A stretch of DNA of 64,000 nucleotides, from the IMG/VR virus record IMGVR_UViG_3300006105_001031, positions 1-64,000 of that record, one strand, 5' to 3'. Position numbers and translations under genes: made by a program. How positions within the stretch are numbered: the first letter of the stretch is position 1; each line of letters opens with the position of its first letter. The DNA comes from an uncultured virus (IMG/VR IMGVR_UViG_3300006105_001031) (lineage: Duplodnaviria > Heunggongvirae > Uroviricota > Caudoviricetes). Below, piece by piece: positions 56,294 to 64,000 of the stretch. The notes beneath the pieces are model-generated. The model searched no databases, had not been told where the DNA came from, and saw only the letters and a list, made by a program, of their open reading frames with translations.

Positions 56294-58792
56294 ATGCGAT
56301 TTTACACGTCCGCTATACAGCGCGGAAATTACATCTTTGTTAGAGGTTGGAATGGTGCAAAGCGCGAACACCATAAGGTACAGTATAAGCCATATTTGTT
56401 TGTTCCATGCAAAGAAGAGTCGGAGTATCATACTCTAGATGGAAATCCTGTAGCCAAATATGATTTCGAAAACCTTCAGGAAGGCAAAGAGTTTCTAAAG
56501 AAGTATGACGACTTGTCGAACTTTCCCATTTATGGTATTGATAAGTTTGTCTATGCGTTCATTAATGATGAATATCCTGGTGAAGTTCGATACGACAAAG
56601 AGCGTATGAACGTTGCAACTGTTGACATCGAAGTTAATTCCGATGGTGGGTTCCCTGATATTCGTGCAGCTGACCGAGAAGTTACAGCTATTACCTTGAA
56701 GAAGGGTAACAAAATCCGTGTCTTTGGATGCGGAGAATTTGATGTAAAGGATACAGGCGCAGTTTATTATAACTGTCGTGATGAAGAAGAGCTGCTTCTC
56801 AAATTCCTTGATTGTTGGGAAGAATTTGACATCGATGTCATTACTGGATGGAACATTGAGTTTTTCGATATTCCATATCTGGTAAACCGTATCACGAATG
56901 TTCTTGGTCACGACTTCGCTAAACGTCTTTCGCCTTGGAAGATTCTTTTGGAATCTAAGGTTGAAATCTTTGGTAAGGAGCAGCAAACCTATAATCCTAT
57001 GGGTATTGTTATCATGGATTATCAGCAGCTGTATAAGAAATTTACCTATACGCAGCAGGAATCGTATCGGCTGGATCACATCGCCTACGTTGAGATTGGT
57101 GAGAATAAGCTAGACTATTCTGAATATGATAACATGCATGACTTCTTCTTGAATGACTATCAGAAGTTTATTGAATATAACATTCATGACGTTATTCTTG
57201 TTGATAAGTTGGATGAGCGTTTGAATCTTATGGATCAAGCGTTTACTATTGCTTATGACGCTAAGATCAACCTTGAAGACGTATTCACTTCTGTGCGTCT
57301 TTGGGACGTTATTATTCATAACTACATGATGGACAAAAAGCTGGTCATTCCTCAGAATAAGATTACCAGCAAAGGTGATCAATATGCTGGCGCTTTCGTT
57401 AAAGATCCGCAGGTAGGTATGCATGAATGGGTTGTGTCGTTTGACGTTACCTCGCTGTACCCTTCTCTGATTGTTCAGTATAATCTATCGCCGGAAACCT
57501 ATGTTGGAAAAATTGATGGGTTTTGGAGTGTTGATGACCAACTTTATAACAATGCTTTGGCTAAATATGATAAGGAACTGACTGAGAAAAACTATACTCT
57601 TGCAGCCAACGGTTCTTTCTGGGACAAATCTAAAAAGGGAATTTTCCCTGAGATTGTCGAAAAGATGATGAAAGACCGTAAGGCATATAAGAATAAGATG
57701 TTTGAGGCTGAAAGAGAATACCAAAAGAATCCCACAAAGGAACTCAAGAATGCTATCGCTAGATACAACAACATGCAGATGGCTCGTAAAATTCAGCTCA
57801 ACTCTCTTTATGGCGCTATTGGAAATGCTTATTGTCGGTGGTATAGTTTGGCTTTTGCTGAAGCAATTACCCTATCTGGCCAGCTTGCCATTAGATATGT
57901 AGAAACAAATATGAACCTGTATCTGAATAAGATACTTGGCACTAAAGATGAAGATTATGTTATTGCTGTAGATACCGATTCCAACTACGTTAAACTGGGG
58001 AAACTTGTCGATAAAATTGCTGATGGCAAAACTCTTGAGCAAAAGATCAACATTGTTGATAAAATTTGTAAGGAAAAGCTAGAGCCTTATATCGCAAAAA
58101 CTCTTGATGCTTTTGCTGTGTATACTAAAGCATATAACTCGTTTCTTTCTATGAAGCGTGAAGCTATTGCAGACAAGGGCATCTGGACTGCCAAGAAGCG
58201 GTATATTCTTAACGTGTGGGATAGTGAAGGAATCCGGTATCCTGCACCTAAGCTAAAGATGATGGGTATTGAAGCTGTTAAATCATCAACTCCTTCTTCT
58301 TGCAGAGAAAAGATTAAGCAAGCTCTGAGGATTATGATGGAAGGAACAGAGGATCAGCTGGTCGAATTTATTGAACAATTCAAAGATGAGTTTGAAACTT
58401 TGCCCTTTGAAGAAATTGCCTTTCCTCGGGGCTGCAATAATCTTGCTAAGTTTTCCAGTCCATCCACCATCTATAGACTATCGACTCCGATTCATGTCAG
58501 AGGCGCTCTAGTTTATAATCATTTCCTTAAAGAAAAGGGATTGGATAGTAAATTTCCAGGCGTTCAGGAAGGTGAAAAGATTAAGTTCTGTTACATGACT
58601 ACGCCCAATACTCTAAAAGAAAACGTAATATCTGTGGTTAATAATTTGCCAAAGTCATTGGACTTGGACAAATACATCGACTACGAAACTCAATTTAACA
58701 AAGCCTTTCTCGACCCGTTGCGAATAATTAGCAATGCAATTGGGTGGAAAACTGAATACGTTAACACTCTAGAAGATTTTTTCAATGATTAA
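56294..58792 (+). CDS. gp43: Family B DNA polymerase gp43
   Basis: Exo DIEV, GWNIEFFDIPY, YNIHDV; Pol SFDVTSLYPS, KIQLNSLYG, DTDS, KKRY; C-terminal clamp-binding TLEDFF. Confidence 0.97.
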   Translation: MRFYTSAIQRGNYIFVRGWNGAKREHHKVQYKPYLFVPCKEESEYHTLDGNPVAKYDFENLQEGKEFLKKYDDLSNFPIYGIDKFVYAFINDEYPGEVRYDKERMNVATVDIEVNSDGGFPDIRAADREVTAITLKKGNKIRVFGCGEFDVKDTGAVYYNCRDEEELLLKFLDCWEEFDIDVITGWNIEFFDIPYLVNRITNVLGHDFAKRLSPWKILLESKVEIFGKEQQTYNPMGIVIMDYQQLYKKFTYTQQESYRLDHIAYVEIGENKLDYSEYDNMHDFFLNDYQKFIEYNIHDVILVDKLDERLNLMDQAFTIAYDAKINLEDVFTSVRLWDVIIHNYMMDKKLVIPQNKITSKGDQYAGAFVKDPQVGMHEWVVSFDVTSLYPSLIVQYNLSPETYVGKIDGFWSVDDQLYNNALAKYDKELTEKNYTLAANGSFWDKSKKGIFPEIVEKMMKDRKAYKNKMFEAEREYQKNPTKELKNAIARYNNMQMARKIQLNSLYGAIGNAYCRWYSLAFAEAITLSGQLAIRYVETNMNLYLNKILGTKDEDYVIAVDTDSNYVKLGKLVDKIADGKTLEQKINIVDKICKEKLEPYIAKTLDAFAVYTKAYNSFLSMKREAIADKGIWTAKKRYILNVWDSEGIRYPAPKLKMMGIEAVKSSTPSSCREKIKQALRIMMEGTEDQLVEFIEQFKDEFETLPFEEIAFPRGCNNLAKFSSPSTIYRLSTPIHVRGALVYNHFLKEKGLDSKFPGVQEGEKIKFCYMTTPNTLKENVISVVNNLPKSLDLDKYIDYETQFNKAFLDPLRIISNAIGWKTEYVNTLEDFFND

Positions 58793-58804
58793 TACGGAGG
58801 TTTT

Positions 58805-59866
58805 ATGAGCATTCTAGATAGACTAAAGAAAAACACTACAATTAAAGAAGCTGACATTCTTTCTGAATCGAAATTCTTTAATAAGAAAGATATGGTACAA
58901 ACCACTGTTCCTATGATTAATGTCGCTTTGTCTGGCAGTCTTGATGGTGGCATCACTCCTGGACTTACTCTTTGGTGCGGCCCTTCGAAGCACTTCAAAT
59001 CGTTCTTTTGCTTGCTTGAAGTTAAGGCATACTTAGACAAGTATCCTGAAGCAATCTGTCTGTTTTATGACTCGGAATTTGGTGCTGGTAAGAAATATTT
59101 TGAATCGATGGGTATTGATATGACTCGAGTTATTCATAGTCCCATTACTGATATTGAACAGCTAAAGTTTGATGCTACGTCTCAGATGAAGGAAATTCAG
59201 CGTGGCGACAAGGTCATTATCTTTGTTGACTCGGTAGGCAACCTTGCTTCTAAGAAAGAAGTTGAAGACGCTCTTGAAGGTAAGTCTGTTGCAGATATGA
59301 CTCGTGCTAAGCAGCTCAAGTCTCTGTTCCGTATCATTACACCGCATCTGACTATCAAGGATATTCCGATGGTTGTGGTTAATCATACCTACCAGACTCA
59401 GGAAATGTATTCCAAGGCTGTTGTTTCTGGTGGTACTGGCATCTACTATTCGGCTGACAATATCTTCATTATTGGTCGTCAGCAGGAAAAGGATGGAACT
59501 GACATTACTGGCTACAACTTTATCATTAATGTAGAAAAGTCGCGTTACGTTCGTGAGAAGTCAAAGATTCCTATCGAAGTTCGGTTTGAAGGTGGAATTA
59601 GCACTTGGTCTGGTCTGCTTGATGTTGCTCTAGAATCCGGTCATGTGGTTAAGCCAAAGAACGGTTGGTATCAGCGAGTTGATCTAGAAACTGGGGAAGT
59701 TTCTGAAAAGAATTATCGTCGCGCAGAGACAGATAACAAGGATTTCTGGCTTCCTGTTCTTAGATCAAAGTCGTTCCGTAAGTATATTGAAGATAACTAT
59801 ATGCTTTCTCATGATGATATGATTTCTAATGAAGATATGAAAGACGTTTACGGAGAAGTTGAATGA
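58805..59866 (+). CDS. uvsX: RecA-like recombinase UvsX
   Basis: GPSKHFKS; FYDSEFG; DSVGNLASKKE; DMTRAK.LKSLFR; SGGTG. Confidence 0.96.
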   Translation: MSILDRLKKNTTIKEADILSESKFFNKKDMVQTTVPMINVALSGSLDGGITPGLTLWCGPSKHFKSFFCLLEVKAYLDKYPEAICLFYDSEFGAGKKYFESMGIDMTRVIHSPITDIEQLKFDATSQMKEIQRGDKVIIFVDSVGNLASKKEVEDALEGKSVADMTRAKQLKSLFRIITPHLTIKDIPMVVVNHTYQTQEMYSKAVVSGGTGIYYSADNIFIIGRQQEKDGTDITGYNFIINVEKSRYVREKSKIPIEVRFEGGISTWSGLLDVALESGHVVKPKNGWYQRVDLETGEVSEKNYRRAETDNKDFWLPVLRSKSFRKYIEDNYMLSHDDMISNEDMKDVYGEVE

Positions 59867-61290
59867 TTGAAGAAACAATTCTTAACCATATTGTTACTAA
59901 TGATGAATTTTGCCGTAAGGTTTTGCCTTTCTTGAAAGAGGAGTATTTTGTTACACCTTCGAATAAGATTCTATTCAATGTGGTCAAGAATTTTATTGAT
60001 GCTTACAACAGTGTGCCCAACAAGGTCACACTTATGCTTGAGGTCGATAAGCTCAGTGTAAATGAAGATCAATATAAAGAAGTAATTGAAACTATTGATA
60101 AAATACAAGATGATCCGAAGGTTGACCAGCAGTGGTTGGTTGATCAGACTGAGAAGTATTGTCAAGATCGCGCCATTTTCAATGCGATCCGTGAATCAAT
60201 TACTATTATTGATGGTGGCAACAAAGACAAGAAAGACAAGGGTGCTATCCCACAAATCCTGACCGATGCATTGAGTGTGTCATTTGATACTAGCATCGGT
60301 CACGATTTTCTTGAGAATGCTGAAGATCGTTATGAGTTCTATCATAAGGCAGAATCTAAGCTAGAATTTGACCTTGAGATGTTCAATAAGATTACTCGCG
60401 GAGGTATTCCCAAGAAGTCTTTGAATGTTATTCTGGCTGGTACTGGCGTTGGTAAAACTTTGTTCATGACTCATTGCGCGGCTGGCCATCTTTCGTTGGG
60501 TAAGAATGTTCTGTATATTACCATGGAAATGGCTGAAGAACGTATCGCCGAACGTATTGACGCTAATCGCCTTAACTTGACTATGGATGAACTTCATGAG
60601 CTTCCTAAAGAATCTTATCTGAAGAAGATAGAAAATCTAAAGAAAAAGACTAATGGTCGTCTTATTGTTAAGGAGTATCCAACTTCAGCTGCAGGTGCTG
60701 GGCATTTCCGCCACCTTATCAATGAGCTGAAGATCAAGAAGAACTTTCTTCCTGATGTCATTTACATCGACTATATCAATATCTGTATGTCGATGCGTTT
60801 GAAGTTGGGGTCTAGTATCAACACGTATTCTTACATTAAAGCCATCGCTGAAGAAATTCGTGGACTCGCTGTAGAATATAATGTTCCTATCTTCACAGCA
60901 ACACAAACCAATCGTGATGGTTACTCTAATAGTGATCCTGGTCTTGAGAACACAAGTGAATCTTTCGGACTTCCTGCGACTGCAGATATGATGTTTGCCC
61001 TGGTTTCTAATGAAGACATGGAAGCTATTGGTCAGATGATGGTTATCCAGCTTAAGAATCGATATAATGACGTTAATAAAGATAAGCGGTTTGTTATTGG
61101 GATTGAACGAGCAAAGATGAAACTTTATGATGTTGAGTCTCATGCACAAGATCAAGTTATGTCAGAACCTAAATACAAGGGTAAGAAGAATGACACTCCA
61201 GTAATGGACAACAGCTCATTCGGAACTGAAGATAAATTCATGAGCCGAGGTGTTGCTAAGAGGGATTTTGCTGGGTTAAAACTTAAATGA
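59863..61290 (+). CDS. gp41: Replicative helicase gp41
   Basis: AGTGVGKT; ITMEMAEE; VKEYPT; IDYIN; ATQTNR; SESFGLPATAD; QLKNRY. Confidence 0.96.
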   Translation: MIEETILNHIVTNDEFCRKVLPFLKEEYFVTPSNKILFNVVKNFIDAYNSVPNKVTLMLEVDKLSVNEDQYKEVIETIDKIQDDPKVDQQWLVDQTEKYCQDRAIFNAIRESITIIDGGNKDKKDKGAIPQILTDALSVSFDTSIGHDFLENAEDRYEFYHKAESKLEFDLEMFNKITRGGIPKKSLNVILAGTGVGKTLFMTHCAAGHLSLGKNVLYITMEMAEERIAERIDANRLNLTMDELHELPKESYLKKIENLKKKTNGRLIVKEYPTSAAGAGHFRHLINELKIKKNFLPDVIYIDYINICMSMRLKLGSSINTYSYIKAIAEEIRGLAVEYNVPIFTATQTNRDGYSNSDPGLENTSESFGLPATADMMFALVSNEDMEAIGQMMVIQLKNRYNDVNKDKRFVIGIERAKMKLYDVESHAQDQVMSEPKYKGKKNDTPVMDNSSFGTEDKFMSRGVAKRDFAGLKLK

Positions 61291-61481
61291 ATTACACACT
61301 AAATACGAATAAAGGTAAAACTACAGTTGTAGAAACAAAAACTGATCGTGTTATTTTCTCTTCTGATAGTAGAAAAGAAGCAATATCAGTAATAGCAAAA
61401 CTGCACAAAAATTGCGGATTTGCTGGATACACTCCAAATTTCTTTTTAGACTTATCATATAAAAAATTGTTTGAGCAATGA
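61287..61481 (+). CDS. Hypothetical protein
   Basis: 64 aa, ATGA overlaps on both sides; GFAGYTPNFF. Confidence 0.65.
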   Translation: MNYTLNTNKGKTTVVETKTDRVIFSSDSRKEAISVIAKLHKNCGFAGYTPNFFLDLSYKKLFEQ

Positions 61482-61948
61482 ACATTTCAGTTACTGGAAC
61501 AAGAAACTACGAACTCCGTAAAGTATTAAAGGCGGCGGCTGAGTTTTATGTTCGTCAGTATATCTCAGAAAGACTTTCGAAGAATATTAAATTAGACATT
61601 CGTATAAAGTCTGGGCTTGACGCTTTAGGTTATTGCACGTATCTAGATGACTATAACTATAAGCCAAGAGTATTTGAGATAGAATTGTTGAAAGATGGAA
61701 ATGTTGCTTCTGCCTTGGTTACTTTGGCTCATGAAATCATACACCTTAAACAGTATGCTCTTTCTGAACTAAAGGATGGTAAAGGTCTTTCTTACAAATG
61801 GAAAAAGAAAACGTATATTGCTGATGATAAAAACCACAATGAATATCTAAACATGCCTTGGGAAATTGAGGCATTTTCTAATGAAAAGAAATTGTTCACT
61901 TTGTTCAAAAAACAATATACAGAGTACAAAAACTTTAAAATAGAATGA
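61478..61948 (+). CDS. Putative zincin metallopeptidase
   Basis: TLAHEIIHLKQY (HExxH) and PWEIEA. Confidence 0.75.
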   Translation: MNISVTGTRNYELRKVLKAAAEFYVRQYISERLSKNIKLDIRIKSGLDALGYCTYLDDYNYKPRVFEIELLKDGNVASALVTLAHEIIHLKQYALSELKDGKGLSYKWKKKTYIADDKNHNEYLNMPWEIEAFSNEKKLFTLFKKQYTEYKNFKIE

Positions 61949-61960
61949 AAGCTATATATT

Positions 61961-62413
61961 ATGATCGAAGAAGCCAAAATTGCAATATTAAATTCTTCTA
62001 AAGAATCATCAGTCTATATTGGTTGTGATTCTATTAGGTTCAAAAAGAAAGACGTCTGGTACGCCAGATATTGCACTGTTATCGTTCTTCATGTGGACAG
62101 TAAACATGGATGTAAATTATTTCATGATGTTAGAACAATTCCAGATTATGGAAATCTAAAAATGAGGTTAATGACTGAAGTCAGTTATGTAACCGAACTT
62201 GCCTCAGAACTAATTGAGGTTATGGGTGACCGCCCGCTTTCTATACATTTAGATATTAATCCAAATCCAAAACACAAATCTTCAATTGCTGTAAAAGAAG
62301 CATTGGGGTACGTTAGAGGAATGTTCGGGTTTGATCCCGTGCTAAAGCCTGACGCATGGTGCGCAAGTAAAGCTGCAGATCATGCCGTTAGAAATGTTGA
62401 AACCATCCAATAA
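61961..62413 (+). CDS. RNase H-like protein (YkuK/DUF458-like)
   Basis: VYIGCDS; RLMTEV; IHLDINP; KPDAW.AS.AAD. Confidence 0.72.
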   Translation: MIEEAKIAILNSSKESSVYIGCDSIRFKKKDVWYARYCTVIVLHVDSKHGCKLFHDVRTIPDYGNLKMRLMTEVSYVTELASELIEVMGDRPLSIHLDINPNPKHKSSIAVKEALGYVRGMFGFDPVLKPDAWCASKAADHAVRNVETIQ

Positions 62414-62424
62414 AGGAAAGTATT

Positions 62425-62586
62425 ATGGTATATCCCGAAAACGCTGCTCGTGAAGTTTATTGCTTTAAAAATAAAGAAGATATGTTTGTGGCAATTGATC
62501 AAAATAATCTACAACATTGTAACACATACTTCGATCCGCAGCGCGGCTGGGTCGTTGAAAAATTGATTGAGAAAGAGAATCCATGA
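62425..62586 (+). CDS. Hypothetical protein (53 aa, below track cutoff)
   Basis: RBS AAGGA; MVYPENAAREVY...KENP*; ATGA overlap with the ClpP-like gene. Confidence 0.55.
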   Translation: MVYPENAAREVYCFKNKEDMFVAIDQNNLQHCNTYFDPQRGWVVEKLIEKENP

Positions 62587-63140
62587 ATATAGAAACCAAG
62601 AACAACGAAATTCCATCATTAGAACGGCATAATTATTATTTGTTCAATAGCGACTTTACCTCGTCTTCTACTGGAGAACTAATTAAGTTTATTCTTGAGC
62701 GCAATCTAGCTCCAAAAAGACCAAAGGAAATTAAGCTACTAATTAATTCTCCAGGCGGTGAGGTTCCTAGTGCATTTGCTTTGATTGATACTATCAAAGG
62801 TTCTAGGGTTCCTATTCATACATATGGTCTTGGGCTAATTGCTAGTTGTGGTTTGCTTACGTTTATGGCTGGTGCCAAGGGTAAAAGATTTATTACAAGA
62901 AACACATCAATTCTTAGCCACCAGTATACAGGATTTGCTTGGGATAAAGAGCATGAGCTGTTTGCTAAGATGAAAGAATTTAATTTGGTCAGTGTTAGAA
63001 TTCTTGAACATTATAAAAAGTGTACAGGACTGACAGAAAAAGAAGTTCGTGAATATCTTCTTCCTCCTGAAGATCGTTGGTTGTCAGCTAAAGAAGCTGT
63101 CAAATACGGTATAGCTGACGAGATAGTTGACTTTTATTGA
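62583..63140 (+). CDS. clpP: ClpP-like protease subunit
   Basis: INSPGGEV; IASCG (Ser); LSHQ (His); EDRWLSAKEAVKYGIADEI (Asp). Confidence 0.88.
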   Translation: MNIETKNNEIPSLERHNYYLFNSDFTSSSTGELIKFILERNLAPKRPKEIKLLINSPGGEVPSAFALIDTIKGSRVPIHTYGLGLIASCGLLTFMAGAKGKRFITRNTSILSHQYTGFAWDKEHELFAKMKEFNLVSVRILEHYKKCTGLTEKEVREYLLPPEDRWLSAKEAVKYGIADEIVDFY

Positions 63141-63155
63141 CAGTTAGTTTATAAT
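63127..63155 (+). promoter_or_regulatory. Sigma70-type promoter
   Basis: TTGACT(63127)-N17-TATAAT(63150). Confidence 0.82.
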
Positions 63156-63183
63156 GGGCTTCTAATTATGTTAGGAGTATCCT

Positions 63184-63735
63184 GTGAATATTTTTTATAT
63201 TGATACTGACCCTGTTGTTGCAGCGCAAAACATGGTAGACCGCCATGTTGTTAAGATGATTCTGGAATCTGCACAGCTTCTTTCTACTGCTCATCGTGTT
63301 GTGGATGGTGTAGAATATGAAGGCCAATCTAAAACAGGTCGTAAAGCAAAACGATGGAAGCTATATGATGCAAGGGAAGAGCATCTATACTCAGCAACTC
63401 ACGTAAACCATCCTAGTGCGGTTTGGTGCCGAGAATCTGTGCGCAACTATATTTGGTTGTATGAGCACTTTGTTGCTCTTGGTGAAGAATATACTTATCG
63501 ATACGGCAAGATTCATGCAACTATCGAAAAACTGGCATATCACCTAGAAGCTATTCCTGAAAATATTAAAGAATGGCCTATGACTCCCATGCCTTCTTGT
63601 ATGGATCAAGAATATATCATTAGCGATGATCCTGTTGTAAATTACCGAAATTACTACATAAAAGGTAAGAAATCCATGCATTCTTGGAAGAATCGACCCG
63701 TCCCAGACTGGTTTAACCTAAATAGTGTTGACTAA
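63184..63735 (+). CDS. Pyrimidine-dimer DNA glycosylase-like protein
   Basis: GTG start after AGGAG; MNIFY.D..A....DRHVVKMILESAQLLSTAH; THVNHPSAVW; EYTYRYGKIH; YRNYY. Confidence 0.75.
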   Translation: MNIFYIDTDPVVAAQNMVDRHVVKMILESAQLLSTAHRVVDGVEYEGQSKTGRKAKRWKLYDAREEHLYSATHVNHPSAVWCRESVRNYIWLYEHFVALGEEYTYRYGKIHATIEKLAYHLEAIPENIKEWPMTPMPSCMDQEYIISDDPVVNYRNYYIKGKKSMHSWKNRPVPDWFNLNSVD

Positions 63736-63749
63736 TAATTGAGGTTATA

Positions 63750-64000
63750 ATGAAAATCTTCACTGATTTCTTTAGCGAGCATGCTGCTGCGCATTATTTT
63801 GACATAGATGGCACAACCTTTGACCCATCATATGGACCTAATGCTGTAAGAGTTCAAGTATATGATGCAAATGGAAATCATATTAAATCTTTGACTCCGT
63901 ATGAATACACAACATATAAGAAAGAGCCAGGGCATCATTTAGACTTTAGTGAATTTAGTAGCGCAAAGAAGTTTGCAGAATCTAGACCAATTCGCAAGAT
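63750..64000 (+). CDS. HAD-family phosphatase-like protein (3'-truncated by window edge)
   Basis: Own translation: MKIFTDFFSEHAAAHYFDIDGTT...DFSEFSSAKKF; DxDGT motif; RBS GAGG. Confidence 0.6.
   Translation, partial: MKIFTDFFSEHAAAHYFDIDGTTFDPSYGPNAVRVQVYDANGNHIKSLTPYEYTTYKKEPGHHLDFSEFSSAKKFAESRPIRK

Noticed and set aside
26249..61290. Introns/inteins in terminase, gp46, polymerase, UvsX or helicase
   Set aside because: All are contiguous and of normal length, with no intein-like C/S...HN insertion
292..61977. Numerous minus-strand and alternate-frame ORFs in the track (e.g. 22270-22824, 56495-57079, 60685-61155)
   Set aside because: All are shadows of well-supported + strand genes, with no RBS or recognisable motifs; the Pro-rich 22270-22824 is simply the antisense of Gly codons
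1..64000. Alternative genetic code, tRNA genes
   Set aside because: Core genes translate full-length with the standard bacterial code, with TAA, TAG and TGA all used as stops; no cloverleaf recognised in the short intergenic gaps

Overview
64 kb of an AT-rich, T4-like myophage genome; every credible gene is on the + strand. 1-38.4 kb is the late/virion module: fibre-like proteins, baseplate gp25-gp6-gp7-gp8, a VrlC-like pair, neck gp13/14, gp15, terminase gp16/17, sheath gp18, tube gp19, portal gp20, core proteins, protease gp21, scaffold gp22, capsid gp23 and gp3. It is punctuated by T4-type late promoters (TATAAATA). 38.4-64 kb is the replication/recombination module: uvsY, uvsW, gp55, gp47/46, gp45/44/62, regA, gp43, uvsX and gp41, with sigma70-type TTGACw-N17-TAwwmT promoters. 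The standout is a tightly coupled accessory cluster between gp46 and gp45 (about 45.4-52.9 kb). It encodes a TET/JBP-like 2OG-Fe(II) dioxygenase, class II glutamine amidotransferase, amidoligase, GNAT, GIY-YIG nuclease, aGPT-PPlase2-like amino:DNA transferase, P-loop kinase, DUF3310, vWA and a GT-A glycosyltransferase, and reads as a complete DNA base-hypermodification pathway of unknown product. Other notable items are a capsid-targeted ADP-ribosyltransferase-like gene inserted between gp13 and gp14, a consensus antisense promoter at gp55, and a putative RNA pseudoknot/terminator between gp45 and gp44. All family calls come from motif recognition and synteny by eye; no database searches were run. 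No tRNA, CRISPR array, intron or intein was recognised.
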